Positions 1 through 8,838 are shown, numbered from the stretch's first letter. The stretch is 64,000 nucleotides of DNA from Parcubacteria group bacterium (GCA_016204045.1 JACQLQ010000001.1:257792-321791); one strand, 5' to 3'. Notes: a model not told the origin generated them from the letters alone. Made by a program: numbers and translations.

Positions 1-2
1 CG

Positions 3-1223
3 TTGGTAGAAATCGGGGGCACGGTGGGCGACTACCAGAACACCCTTTTTATCGAGGCGGCGCGTGTCATGCACTTGAACCACCCCGGTGATGTCATTTT
101 CATCATGCTCTCGTACCTCCCTATACCAAAAGTCACGGGGGAGATGAAGACGCGTCCGACGCAAAACGCGGTGCGTCAGCTCAACTCCTACGGCGTCCAG
201 CCGGACATCATCATTGCGCGTAGTGAGGTGCCGCTCGACAAACGAAGGAAGGAGAAGATTGCTGTGACGTGCAACATCTTGTGGGAGAACGTTATCTCTG
301 CGCCGGATATCGAGAGCATTTACGACGTTCCGATCAACTTCGAAAAGGACAAGATAAGCGAAAAGCTCTTAAACGCACTCTCGCTCAAGGCAAAGCGGGG
401 GAGCGACCTTAAGCGGTGGCGCGCTTTTGTTGCAAAGACAAAGACGGCGCAAACGCCGGTCAACATCGCAGTTGTCGGCAAGTACTTCGACACGGGCGAC
501 TTCACGCTCTCGGATTCGTACATCTCTGTCATCGAGGCGCTCAAGATTTCCGCCTATCACGCCGGGAGAAAGCCCCGTATCACATGGCTCAATGCCATAG
601 ACTACGAGAAGGACCCGCGCAAACTCCGCGAGCTCAAAAAGTATGATGGGGTTTTGATCCCTGGTGGCTTTGGCGACCGTGGAGTAGAGGGCAAGATGCG
701 CGCCATCAAATTCGTCCGTGAAAACAAAATCCCGTATTTTGGCCTCTGTTACGGCATGCAACTCGCTATCATTGAATACGCACGCAATGTCGCCGGGTTA
801 AAGGGGGCACACACTACGGAAGTAAATCTCGACACCTCTCACCCGGTTATCGACATTATGCCGGAGCAAAAGAAACTTTTGGAACGACAGGAGTATGGTG
901 GGACCATGCGGCTCGGCGAGTACCCAGCGCTTTTGAAGAAGCAAACAATTGCACGGAGGGCGTACGGGGCGGAGGTCGCGCGAGAGCGACACCGTCATCG
1001 GTACGAAGTGAATCCGGGATACATTGAACGCTTGGAGGAGACAGGTCTTGTTTTTTCCGGCACTTCGCCTGATGGGAAACTGATGGAGATAGTGGAGCTT
1101 CCAGAAAAGGTGCACCCCTTCTTCCTCGGTACGCAGTTCCACCCAGAATTTCACGCTCGACCCCTAAGCCCGCATCCGCTTTTTAACGCGTTCATTAAAG
1201 CGGCCTTGCGCGCGCGACATTAG
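3..1223 (+). CDS. pyrG: CTP synthase (5'-truncated by window edge)
   Basis: EIGGTVGD, KTRPTQ, GLCYGMQ (catalytic Cys), RHRHRYEVN and QFHPEF motifs. Confidence 0.98.
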   Translation: MVEIGGTVGDYQNTLFIEAARVMHLNHPGDVIFIMLSYLPIPKVTGEMKTRPTQNAVRQLNSYGVQPDIIIARSEVPLDKRRKEKIAVTCNILWENVISAPDIESIYDVPINFEKDKISEKLLNALSLKAKRGSDLKRWRAFVAKTKTAQTPVNIAVVGKYFDTGDFTLSDSYISVIEALKISAYHAGRKPRITWLNAIDYEKDPRKLRELKKYDGVLIPGGFGDRGVEGKMRAIKFVRENKIPYFGLCYGMQLAIIEYARNVAGLKGAHTTEVNLDTSHPVIDIMPEQKKLLERQEYGGTMRLGEYPALLKKQTIARRAYGAEVARERHRHRYEVNPGYIERLEETGLVFSGTSPDGKLMEIVELPEKVHPFFLGTQFHPEFHARPLSPHPLFNAFIKAALRARH

Positions 1224-1306
1224 CGTGTTTGTTGAGTTGCGTTTTGATAGTGAATACGGTAGTGTGGAGAGTATTGTTTTAAAAATTTAGTCTTGTTTTT
1301 AAGAGT

Positions 1307-1573
1307 ATGCATCAAGGGAATTGGACATGTAGTTCGTGCGGAGGATCGATAACAGAGCTTCCATTTGAACCACGAAGCACTACTAACTTATTGTGCCGAG
1401 CGTGCCACGCCTCGAAAGGGGGAACGCGTCGCGGGAATGGGAATGGAAATGGTGAGCGCAAGATGTTTGAGGGCAACTGGCAGTGCGCAGATTGTGGTAA
1501 TGCAATCACGAAGCTTCCATTTGAGCCACGTGAGACAGGCAATCTCCGCTGTCTCGTTTGCTTTAAGAAATAG
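1307..1573 (+). CDS. CxxC-x17-CxxC zinc-ribbon tandem-domain protein
   Basis: Two repeats of M-x-x-GNWxCxxCGxxITxLPFEPR...CxxC. Confidence 0.85.
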   Translation: MHQGNWTCSSCGGSITELPFEPRSTTNLLCRACHASKGGTRRGNGNGNGERKMFEGNWQCADCGNAITKLPFEPRETGNLRCLVCFKK

Positions 1574-1585
1574 TTTTTAGCTTGA

Positions 1586-1624
1586 AAACAGGGCACACCG
1601 CCGTACGGCGGTGTGCCCTGTTTT
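1586..1624 (+). terminator. Intrinsic (probably bidirectional) terminator
   Basis: AAAACAGGGCACACCGCCG-TA-CGGCGGTGTGCCCTGTTTT perfect hairpin. Confidence 0.85.
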
Positions 1625-1676
1625 CGTTCTGTAATAAGCTTTTTTAGCGACCCATCGGCACCGTTGGAGAGGGGGC

Positions 1677-1705
1677 TTGACAGGTCATTACTAGTATGCT
1701 AAGTT
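1677..1705 (+). promoter_or_regulatory. sigma70-type promoter of terB1
   Basis: TTGACA-N17-TAAGTT with TG extended -10. Confidence 0.65.
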
Positions 1706-1767
1706 AGGCACGGAACGCGCTCCTGCGTTCGAACCCCGAAACCACAACCACGAGAGGAACTACTCCG

Positions 1768-2265
1768 ATGCGCATGCTCATCTCTGGCTTCGCCGCCATG
1801 GTCAACAGCGCGATGCAGCAGGGTCTGTCCGAGTTCAAGCGCTACACCGACAAGGACACCCTTCGTGCGGCAGTCGCGTCCGCCACTCTGACCGGCTGGG
1901 CCGACGGCAGCTTCGACCCCAACGAGAAGCGCAAGGCGATGACGGTGCTGACGAAGCACCCGGCCATGGCGCACTTCAAGATGGCCGATATCACGACCAC
2001 CTGGGGCGAGCTCGACGGCGTCTACATGATCGATCCCACCATGGGCGACGACCAGGCCCTCCAGTGGATCAACGCCGCCCGCGCCAAGCCCGAACCGGTC
2101 CGTCGCGTCATCGGTATGATCGGCTGCGCTGTGGCCGGTGCCGACGACAACTTCGACGCCAACGAGGTCAACAAGGTGAAGGCGACGTGCATTGCCCTTG
2201 GCCTCGCACCCTCGACCGTTGCGCCGCTCGTCACCGCCGCCGGCAAGCACGGCATCGCACTCTAA
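1768..2265 (+). CDS. terB: TerB family tellurite/stress protein
   Basis: Two A-D-G/D-x-F-D-x-x-E metal motifs (WADGSFDPNE, GADDNFDANE), helical TerB pattern; SD GAGAGGA. Confidence 0.85.
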   Translation: MRMLISGFAAMVNSAMQQGLSEFKRYTDKDTLRAAVASATLTGWADGSFDPNEKRKAMTVLTKHPAMAHFKMADITTTWGELDGVYMIDPTMGDDQALQWINAARAKPEPVRRVIGMIGCAVAGADDNFDANEVNKVKATCIALGLAPSTVAPLVTAAGKHGIAL

Positions 2266-2294
2266 GCTCTTTCATCTCAACATTTTTTATCTTC

Positions 2295-2317
2295 AGGCAC
2301 CCGCAAGGTGCCTTTTT
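2295..2317 (+). terminator. Intrinsic terminator after terB1
   Basis: AGGCACC-CGCAA-GGTGCCT followed by T-run. Confidence 0.8.
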
Positions 2318-2372
2318 CGTTGTTTCTTAAAGGTCTTTGAGATCACCCCACCATCCCAACCCAATAGTGGGC

Positions 2373-2400
2373 TTGACATATTTGGTGGGTATGCTAACAT
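2373..2400 (+). promoter_or_regulatory. sigma70-type promoter of terB2
   Basis: TTGACA-N16-TAACAT with TG extended -10. Confidence 0.6.
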
Positions 2401-2483
2401 GTTCCTTGGATCCAATGCTGGATTCACCTGGGAAGTCCACCGGAAACCCAGGTACAACCCTGCAGGAAAAAGGACACAACCCA

Positions 2484-2909
2484 ATGAAGACGTACACCGG
2501 ACTCACTGCCATTGCCGTTGCTGCCGCCGTCCTCGCCGATGGTGTCGTCGACACCGCCGAAGTCGCCGCGCTCCGCAAGTACATCTTCGCCGACGGCAAG
2601 GTCGACGCGGATGAATTCCACCTCGTGACCGTCATCAACAACGCCGTCGCCAAGAGCGAGAACGCCGGCCACGACATGCCCGGCTGGACCGCGCTCTACA
2701 CCGACGTCGTCGCCGCCTACGTGCTCGAGGACGAGTCGTCCCCGGGCGAGGTGAGCGAAGCCGAGGCCACGGAGCTCGTGCGCGCCTGGTCGGGTGACAG
2801 CACGTTCGATGCTCGCGAGAGCTCGGCTGCCCGGACCATCGCCACGCGTGCGACCAAGATGCCGGAGGGCTTCCGCGCCTTCCTCACCGGCCGCGGCATC
2901 AGCGCCTAA
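2484..2909 (+). CDS. TerB-like protein (second copy)
   Basis: Repeated ADGxVDxxE motifs (LADGVVDTAE, FADGKVDADE); start placed at ATG 2484 after AAAGGA. Confidence 0.75.
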   Translation: MKTYTGLTAIAVAAAVLADGVVDTAEVAALRKYIFADGKVDADEFHLVTVINNAVAKSENAGHDMPGWTALYTDVVAAYVLEDESSPGEVSEAEATELVRAWSGDSTFDARESSAARTIATRATKMPEGFRAFLTGRGISA

Positions 2910-2964
2910 CGTCGGCGAGTCCAATACGAGTAGTACCTTCGCCGCAGAGTAGTAAACGCATTCG

Positions 2965-2994
2965 CGCCCAGCTGGACCACCGGCTGGGCGTTTT
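2965..2994 (+). terminator. Intrinsic terminator after terB2
   Basis: CGCCCAGC...GCTGGGCG followed by TTTT. Confidence 0.75.
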
Positions 2995-3017
2995 AATTTT
3001 ACGAAACGAAGGAATAG

Positions 3018-3046
3018 TTGACATGCATGGTTCTGTATGGTAGTCT
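3018..3046 (+). promoter_or_regulatory. sigma70-type promoter of DUF1523-like gene
   Basis: TTGACA-N17-TAGTCT with TG extended -10. Confidence 0.65.
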
Positions 3047-3097
3047 CTCCTGGTACCAGTACCAACCGAGTACCAGGAGCAGAGGAGCAAACGCGCA

Positions 3098-3493
3098 ATG
3101 ACGTGGAAGGGAAAGTTCATCGGACTTGTGCTTGCGTTGACGGTTGTCGTCGGCGGCCCCTACATGATGTGGGCTTGGCCGACCGTTGATGAGGCGAAGA
3201 TCGTCGACGCCTCGAACAAGATCATCACTGGCACGACGAATGACCAGTTCCGCATCGAAACCGTGCGCGCAGACACCGGCAAGGTGTACGTGTATCGGAA
3301 CGATGATGCGCCGTACGTGTTCCCGTTCTTCTTCTACTTGAAGTGGGACAGCCAGGACCTGAACACTCGTGCCAAGTCGTATGCCGGCAAGGACGTCATT
3401 GTCTGCGTCCGGTCGTATGGTTGGCGTGTCCCGTTCATGAGCTGGTTCCCCAACGCGACAAGCTTGTGGGCCAAAGAGGGCGATAGCTGCTAA
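3098..3493 (+). CDS. DUF1523-like membrane-anchored protein
   Basis: N-terminal TM helix; VYRNDD, YLKWDSQDL and YGWRVPFMSWFPNA motifs typical of DUF1523. Confidence 0.75.
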   Translation: MTWKGKFIGLVLALTVVVGGPYMMWAWPTVDEAKIVDASNKIITGTTNDQFRIETVRADTGKVYVYRNDDAPYVFPFFFYLKWDSQDLNTRAKSYAGKDVIVCVRSYGWRVPFMSWFPNATSLWAKEGDSC

Positions 3494-3683
3494 CGCAGTT
3501 CTACGCCGACGCCGTCCTTTATGGGCGGCTTTTTAGTTGTTTTTTTGTCTATTTAAAATTATCCTTAGAACGATTAGGGTGTTTCCAAACTATTTGGACC
3601 ATGAAAGGGGTTGACTTCTATCCCCAATTATGGTATACAATCTCTGGACATGTGCGTCCAGAGGACAACGAAAAGGAGTCCTT

Positions 3684-4739
3684 ATGAACACAATTAATTT
3701 ATTGCTTGGGATGGAGGTGTGGGGCTACAGCCTCCTTAGCGTCCTGCTCTTCTGCACCGCCATTGTGGGCATGCTGGTCATCGACTTGTACGCCCACCGT
3801 GGCGACAAGGCAGTGACGTTCAAGAATGCAGCCTTGTGGAGCGTGGTGTGGGTTTCAATCTCGCTCCTCTTCGCATGGCACATCTTGCTTACACGCGGAG
3901 GTGAGGACGCCTCGCTCTTCATGGCGGGGTACCTGCTCGAGCAGTCACTCGCCGTCGACAACCTCTTCGTCTTCATGGCGGTCTTCGCAAGCTTCGGCAT
4001 CATTGGCGGTCTGCAACACCGTATTCTCTACTACGGCATTCTCGGCGCCATTGTCTTGCGGCTCCTCTTCATCGGTGCGGGTACTTCGCTCCTGGTTGCG
4101 GGCGATTTCTTCGCCGCGGGCGAGTGGGTGCTCGTCGGCTTTGGCGCGATCGTCCTCTGGTCTGCATGGAAGATGCTCCAGGGGATGCGCGAGAAGGATG
4201 ACACCGACGAGATCGAGGACTACTCGAACCACTGGTCCATTCGCGGCGTCAAGCGCTTCATCCCGGTGTGGCCGCGGCTTGTGGGGCACAACTTCTTCAC
4301 GTGGCAGAACGGCATGCTCTATGCCACACCGCTTCTCCTGTGCTTGGTCTGCATCGAGTTCTCGGATGTGATGTTCGCATTCGACTCGGTCCCGGCGGTC
4401 ATCGCGGTGACACAGGACCCGTTCCTGATCTACACCTCGAACATCTTTGCCGTCTTGGGGCTTCGGTCCATGTACTTCCTCCTCGCGGCAGCGAAGCGAT
4501 TCCTCTGCCACCTCGAGAAGGCGGTCATCGCGATCTTGGCCTTCATCGGTTTCAAGATGTTGATTCCGCTCTTCGACTTGGTCTCCGTACCCATTACCGG
4601 ACAGCCGTTCCTCGACCTCTTCGGGATCGAGCACATCTCTGCGATGGCAAGCCTCGCCGTCGTCGGGACACTGCTCGCGACTGGCATTCTCGCTTCAGTC
4701 GTCTTCCCCGAACGCGAAGGTGACGAGGCAAAGGCCTAA
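3684..4739 (+). CDS. terC: TerC/Alx family membrane protein
   Basis: YLLEQSLAVDNLFVF, DVMFAFDSVPAVIAVT and SNIFAVLGLRSMYF motifs; SD AAAGGAG before ATG 3684. Confidence 0.95.
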   Translation: MNTINLLLGMEVWGYSLLSVLLFCTAIVGMLVIDLYAHRGDKAVTFKNAALWSVVWVSISLLFAWHILLTRGGEDASLFMAGYLLEQSLAVDNLFVFMAVFASFGIIGGLQHRILYYGILGAIVLRLLFIGAGTSLLVAGDFFAAGEWVLVGFGAIVLWSAWKMLQGMREKDDTDEIEDYSNHWSIRGVKRFIPVWPRLVGHNFFTWQNGMLYATPLLLCLVCIEFSDVMFAFDSVPAVIAVTQDPFLIYTSNIFAVLGLRSMYFLLAAAKRFLCHLEKAVIAILAFIGFKMLIPLFDLVSVPITGQPFLDLFGIEHISAMASLAVVGTLLATGILASVVFPEREGDEAKA

Positions 4740-4753
4740 TTTCATAGTGATGC

Positions 4754-4780
4754 ACCCGTCGCGCAAGCGGCGGGTTTTTT
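4754..4780 (+). terminator. Intrinsic terminator after terC
   Basis: ACCCGTCGC-GCAA-GCGGCGGGT followed by T-run. Confidence 0.8.
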
Positions 4781-4838
4781 GTTTTTCACCCGCACAAATC
4801 GAGTCTTTTGACGAGATTTTGCGGCGTGTGAAAAACAA

Positions 4839-4991
4839 ACCCCGTACCAATTTTGCCCCGGGAGCCATGCGATGCGCGTGCGCCGAATAGGCGCACCCCT
4901 CATTGGGCGAAGCGCATCGCCGCCTGGATATTTGGAAGACACATAGCATGACTCACACCTCATTTGTGCAGAGCAAAATTGGTATCGGGGT
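4839..4991. repeat. MITE-like element with ACCCCGTACCAA terminal inverted repeats
   Basis: ACCCCGTACCAATTTTGC (4839-4856) / GCAAAATTGGTATCGGGGT (4973-4991) with nested internal hairpins. Confidence 0.6.
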
Positions 4992-5027
4992 AGTTAATTT
5001 GCACCAAACATCCAAGCGACCGAATTA

Positions 5028-5056
5028 TTGACATAGACGCGTAATAATGCTAGCGT
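5028..5056 (+). promoter_or_regulatory. sigma70-type promoter of terD-like/vWA pair
   Basis: TTGACA-N17-TAGCGT with TG extended -10. Confidence 0.6.
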
Positions 5057-5124
5057 GTTTTTGGCAACACAGGCCCGAAAAGGCTTGAGATGTTGTCTGA
5101 CAACCAACACACGAGGCACAACCA

Positions 5125-5730
5125 ATGGATCTCGCACGCAAGGGCGCGGAAGCGCCAGTCGACCCCTTCAAGTCGCTCGCTGTCACCATGAGATGGACGG
5201 CCGCAACCGACCTCGACCTCGCGGTGCTCGCCGAGCCCAAGGGCGGCGGCGCGCCGAAGATGTTCTACTTCGGCAACATCAACAAGGATGACGGCCAAGG
5301 CGTCGTCCAGGCGCTCGATGCGCCGCCCTATATCAAGCTGTCGGGCGACGCCGGCGTCGGCGACACCAAGGCCGCGGACGGCAAGGGCAACTGCGAAGAG
5401 CTCAAGATCACGAGTCTCGCTCCGTGGGGCAAGCTCCACATCATGACGTGGGACTACGGCGCCATCGGCAAGGGCGAGGGCGCTCGCTTCCAGTCGAGCG
5501 GCGTGACGCTCGAAGTCAAGGACGACAAGGGCACCGCCCACAAGGTGGCGCTCTCGCTCGTCGGCGATGGCCTCGCCGTCAAGGAGAACGTGTGCGTCAT
5601 CGCGACGATCGACAACACGGGCGCCTATCCGAGGCTCGTGAACTCGAGCGCGGCGGCCCTCTTCGGCGGCGCGAGCGGCAAGAAGCTGAACGTGAACGAT
5701 CTCACCGCTCTCGTTCGTTCGGCGGCCTAG
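5125..5730 (+). CDS. TerD/TerA-like stress protein
   Basis: W...DLDL, YFGN, PYIKLSGDAG and NCEELKI motifs of the TerD fold. Confidence 0.75.
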   Translation: MDLARKGAEAPVDPFKSLAVTMRWTAATDLDLAVLAEPKGGGAPKMFYFGNINKDDGQGVVQALDAPPYIKLSGDAGVGDTKAADGKGNCEELKITSLAPWGKLHIMTWDYGAIGKGEGARFQSSGVTLEVKDDKGTAHKVALSLVGDGLAVKENVCVIATIDNTGAYPRLVNSSAAALFGGASGKKLNVNDLTALVRSAA

Positions 5731-5798
5731 ACTTCCACCCAGGCAAAGGCGGGAACGGCATCGTGCCGTTCCCGCCACGGCCCAACCAAGGAGGACCG

Positions 5799-6617
5799 AT
5801 GGATCTCGCGACGAAGGACAGGGAACTTCAGGCGAAGGACCCGGCAATGTTCGATCTGGTGAAGAAGCTCGATCCGCATTTGGAGCGGCATGGCCTCGTG
5901 GGCCACGTCGCCCGGGTGGCACTCGTGCTCGACGTCAGTCGTTCGATGGAACGCCTCTATCAGAGAGGATTAATCCAAGGACTTGTCGATCGTTTCCTCC
6001 CGCTCGGTCACCGCTTCGATGACAACGGGGCAATCGACGTCTTCACTTTTGGCATCAAGGCCCACGACATCGGCGAGGTTTCAACAAGTGACCACAATGG
6101 GTTTGTCGCGCGCCATATCAACGTAAACGATCTGGAGGGTGGCACACAATACGCGCAGGCCATCCGGGCAGTGCGTCGTCACTACTTCAACTACGACGAC
6201 TCTCGGCGTGCTCCGCATACCGACGGTGGTCCGCCGATCTATGTCGCATTTGTGACCGACGGTGAGACGTACGACGAATCGGAGACCGTTGATCAGGTTC
6301 GGTCTGCGTCGCATGAGCCGATCTTCTGGCAGTTCATTGCTCTTGGCGCAGACTATGTGCCGGGACAGATGACCACCGGAAAAGGTCTCTTTGGTGGGTC
6401 GAAGCAAGTCCCCGTGCAGCCTCCAGAGCAATTCCGCTTCCTGGCAGAGCTCGACACACGTGTGCGTGGTCGGTTCGTGGACAACGCAGGCCTCTTCGCA
6501 ATTCGGTCGCCAGCACCCGAAGACATCTCGGACGAAGAGCTCTTCGCGCGCCTAATGAGTGAGTATCCCCAATGGCTGGAGCGTCCGGAAGTCAAACTGC
6601 ACCTTTTGATGAAGTAA
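5799..6617 (+). CDS. vWA domain protein (vWA-TerF-like)
   Basis: MIDAS LDVSRSM, FDDNG, GGTQY, FVTDGE and PIFWQF motifs; SD AAGGAGGA before ATG 5799. Confidence 0.9.
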   Translation: MDLATKDRELQAKDPAMFDLVKKLDPHLERHGLVGHVARVALVLDVSRSMERLYQRGLIQGLVDRFLPLGHRFDDNGAIDVFTFGIKAHDIGEVSTSDHNGFVARHINVNDLEGGTQYAQAIRAVRRHYFNYDDSRRAPHTDGGPPIYVAFVTDGETYDESETVDQVRSASHEPIFWQFIALGADYVPGQMTTGKGLFGGSKQVPVQPPEQFRFLAELDTRVRGRFVDNAGLFAIRSPAPEDISDEELFARLMSEYPQWLERPEVKLHLLMK

Positions 6618-6626
6618 TAGGAAGCA

Positions 6627-6661
6627 GACGCCGCATTCCCCTCGGGAATCGGCGTTTTTTT
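6627..6661 (+). terminator. Intrinsic terminator after vWA gene
   Basis: GACGCCG(C)ATTCCC-CTC-GGGAATCGGCGT followed by T-run. Confidence 0.8.
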
Positions 6662-6754
6662 ATTTTCTCACCACGCTATGTGGAAGGACTGGACAAGTTT
6701 ATATAAGTATGCTAAAAGATATTTAGTAACCGCTTCAGGACGAGGAGAACGAAC

Positions 6755-6922
6755 ATGCTGTGGTTGATCATTGCGTTGGGTTGGCTCGTTGTCGGCCTTT
6801 GGACCGCCATCTTTTTCCACAAGAGAATTCCTTGGCATCTCAAGGTTTTGGCCGTTGCATTTTGGCCCATGGCACTCGTCTTGATTGGTCTCCTCTCCCC
6901 AGGGGAAAAGAAGGCCTCCTAA
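6755..6922 (+). CDS. Small two-TM membrane protein (55 aa, not in ORF track)
   Basis: Translated by hand: MLWLIIALGWLVVGLWTAIFFHKRIPWHLKVLAVAFWPMALVLIGLLSPGEKKAS; SD GAGGAG, upstream promoter-like site, downstream hairpin plus T-run. Confidence 0.65.
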   Translation: MLWLIIALGWLVVGLWTAIFFHKRIPWHLKVLAVAFWPMALVLIGLLSPGEKKAS

Positions 6923-7029
6923 TTTTTTACCACACCCGTCCTTTCGACGGGTTTTTACATGGCAGAAATTAGGGACACTAAAAAACTCCCACAGGGGGAG
7001 TGCTTACATGATATTGTTTTCTGCGCGTA

Positions 7030-7347
7030 TTACCGAGGAGGGTTGGGGCCGAGGACTTCTTCTGCTGGTCTCTCCCAACCTATGGTGTCGAGAGAAATTG
7101 CTCCTGGCGCGTGCCGTGCCAACTCACTTCCGGCAAAGGCAAGCCAGAGCAACGCGTCGGCGACGTCCTTGCCGTTACGAGCGGCGCGGCGAAGGTCGTA
7201 AAGGCTCTGTTCCCAGTCTCCGATTTCTTTTTCATACGTCTTTCCATCCAGCACGACAGTAACTTTGCCGACGACTTTGTAAGGTTTTCCATCAAGCGGT
7301 ATGACGACCTTTTCTACGAATGGTTCTGTGGTCGCTGGCTTATTCAT
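7030..7347 (-). CDS. Hypothetical protein
   Basis: Open frame with plausible composition; terminator-like hairpin downstream (~6980-7002). Confidence 0.55.
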   Translation of the reverse strand: MNKPATTEPFVEKVVIPLDGKPYKVVGKVTVVLDGKTYEKEIGDWEQSLYDLRRAARNGKDVADALLWLAFAGSELARHAPGAISLDTIGWERPAEEVLGPNPPR

Positions 7348-7465
7348 TGTGATTTCACTCACGGAATCTTCCGTACTTATATCACGGCGATTGTCGTGGA
7401 GCAACGCCGCTTGAATAGGGAGTCTTTTTGCGATATTCTCAAAAGGCGCGTAAGCACTTTTTCTT

Positions 7466-7536
7466 TGCGGGATCGTCTAATGGTAGGACATCGCCCTCTG
7501 GAGGCGAGTATCTTGGTTCGAGTCCAAGTCCCGCAG
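7466..7536 (+). tRNA. tRNA-Gln(CTG)
   Basis: Acceptor TGCGGGA/TCCCGCA, anticodon arm TCGCC-CTCTGGA-GGCGA, GGTTCGAGTCC T-arm. Confidence 0.95.
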
Positions 7537-7572
7537 TTCGAAGAGAGCAAGAACTGGTCAGCTTCAAAAATT

Positions 7573-8349
7573 ATGTCACTAGAGAAACCACAACAAGAAC
7601 CTAAAAACCCGCTTACGTCAGAACACTTGAAAGAAGGCGTGCGCCCAATCATTGCTGCAGTTGGTACCAGAGAACAATTTGAAAATCACCCCGGTGCCGG
7701 AAGGGACCTTTTCAATGCTACCTTGAGGGCCTTGGGGAACACCCCAACAAGAAATGTAAATTATTACGGAAACCCAGCAGAGTTAACAAGCGAAAGCTTT
7801 AAAAATGCTGGGATGCATTCCTATGTGATATCCACCATAGACAATGCCAACAAGTTTTCTGAAGGATACGCGGATTGTACTGGCCTGGTTGTTGCCGGAC
7901 AGGACAAAGAAACGGGCGAGAATGTATCATTTTTGAGTCACCAAGATCCTTCTTATTTTTTGACACTTGTGGGACTTGAAGCTAATTTTAAAAGAGATTT
8001 AAAAGAACGCCTCGAGGAGTTTAAAAGGAGGTGTAAAGAAGGAACTATTGATGCGGTGATTGTCGGTGGGAATTATTTTATAGATAAGTTTCCCGAGCAC
8101 GATCATGAGTACCGAGCGAAGTACTTGCAATCAATCAATCTCCTGAAGGGTGAGGTGTCTCAAGTTTTTGGGTTTGAACCCGTAGTGATGACGGGCCCCA
8201 AAATAGTGTCAGGCAAAGACAATATTTTTTACGACAATGAGCGCCGGAGATTATATGTCGTGAGGCCCGAGGTCGGTGATGCCTCTACTGAAAGTTTTGC
8301 GCCAGGAACGGTAAAAGAACAGGAGAAGAAATGGGGACAGCAAATGTAG
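7573..8349 (+). CDS. Hypothetical protein, possible CheD/YfiH/CNF1-like Cys-His hydrolase fold
   Basis: GYADCTGLVVAG...SFLSHQDP and later IVGGN motif; start moved downstream of the tRNA. Confidence 0.6.
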   Translation: MSLEKPQQEPKNPLTSEHLKEGVRPIIAAVGTREQFENHPGAGRDLFNATLRALGNTPTRNVNYYGNPAELTSESFKNAGMHSYVISTIDNANKFSEGYADCTGLVVAGQDKETGENVSFLSHQDPSYFLTLVGLEANFKRDLKERLEEFKRRCKEGTIDAVIVGGNYFIDKFPEHDHEYRAKYLQSINLLKGEVSQVFGFEPVVMTGPKIVSGKDNIFYDNERRRLYVVRPEVGDASTESFAPGTVKEQEKKWGQQM

Positions 8350-8391
8350 ATATCCTCTTCTCTTGCGGCAGTGCGTTGCTATACTATAGGT

Positions 8392-8838
8392 ATGTCACTT
8401 ATAGACCTCGATGCGTTTAGTCTCGATGCGCACAAGAAGAAAAGCCTACTCCACTATTACGGAGACAACGTGCGCACGGTGTTTTTAATCGGAAGCGCTA
8501 CCGTGCTGTTGTCTCTCCCGATTTTTGCGCGCGTCATTGCGGACTCAATCATTTACCCCGTAACAGCAATCGCAGTGTTTGTTATCGCCGCGGGCCTTGC
8601 GAATCCAGCCCAACGATGGACGATGGTCCTGAATACAATAGTTGCGGCTGGAGCCGTCGCATTCTTTGAATACCAAGCACTTTTGGTCTCAGGCCTCCCA
8701 GCCACCACAGACTGGCAACAGAGCTTCTTGTTTTTCGAAAACCACGCGCTCGCGCTGTTGTTTCTTGTCGCGCTCTACTACAGCATCAAGACGACGCGCG
8801 GACGATTGCTCAAGAAGAATGTTACTGACCAAGAATGA
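8392..8838 (+). CDS. Four-TM membrane protein
   Basis: Four hydrophobic segments; TGCTATACT 6 nt upstream of ATG. Confidence 0.75.
   Translation: MSLIDLDAFSLDAHKKKSLLHYYGDNVRTVFLIGSATVLLSLPIFARVIADSIIYPVTAIAVFVIAAGLANPAQRWTMVLNTIVAAGAVAFFEYQALLVSGLPATTDWQQSFLFFENHALALLFLVALYYSIKTTRGRLLKKNVTDQE

Noticed and set aside
5424-5798. N-terminal extension of the vWA ORF in the ORF track
   Set aside because: Overlaps the terD-like gene in another frame; a strong SD supports ATG 5799
1699-5922. Long antisense ORFs over the Ter genes (e.g. 1699-2250, 3945-4634, 5050-5922)
   Set aside because: Shadow frames caused by high GC3 codon bias; no expression signals or motifs
1703-6661. Integron cassette array (GTTAGGC at 1703; GCCTAAC at the terB2 stop)
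   Set aside because: The other genes lack RYYYAAC...GTTRRRY attC boundaries, each has its own promoter, and no integrase is present
7111-7572. Long N-terminal part of ORF 7111-8349
   Set aside because: Runs through tRNA-Gln and an opposite-strand gene; real start most likely 7573
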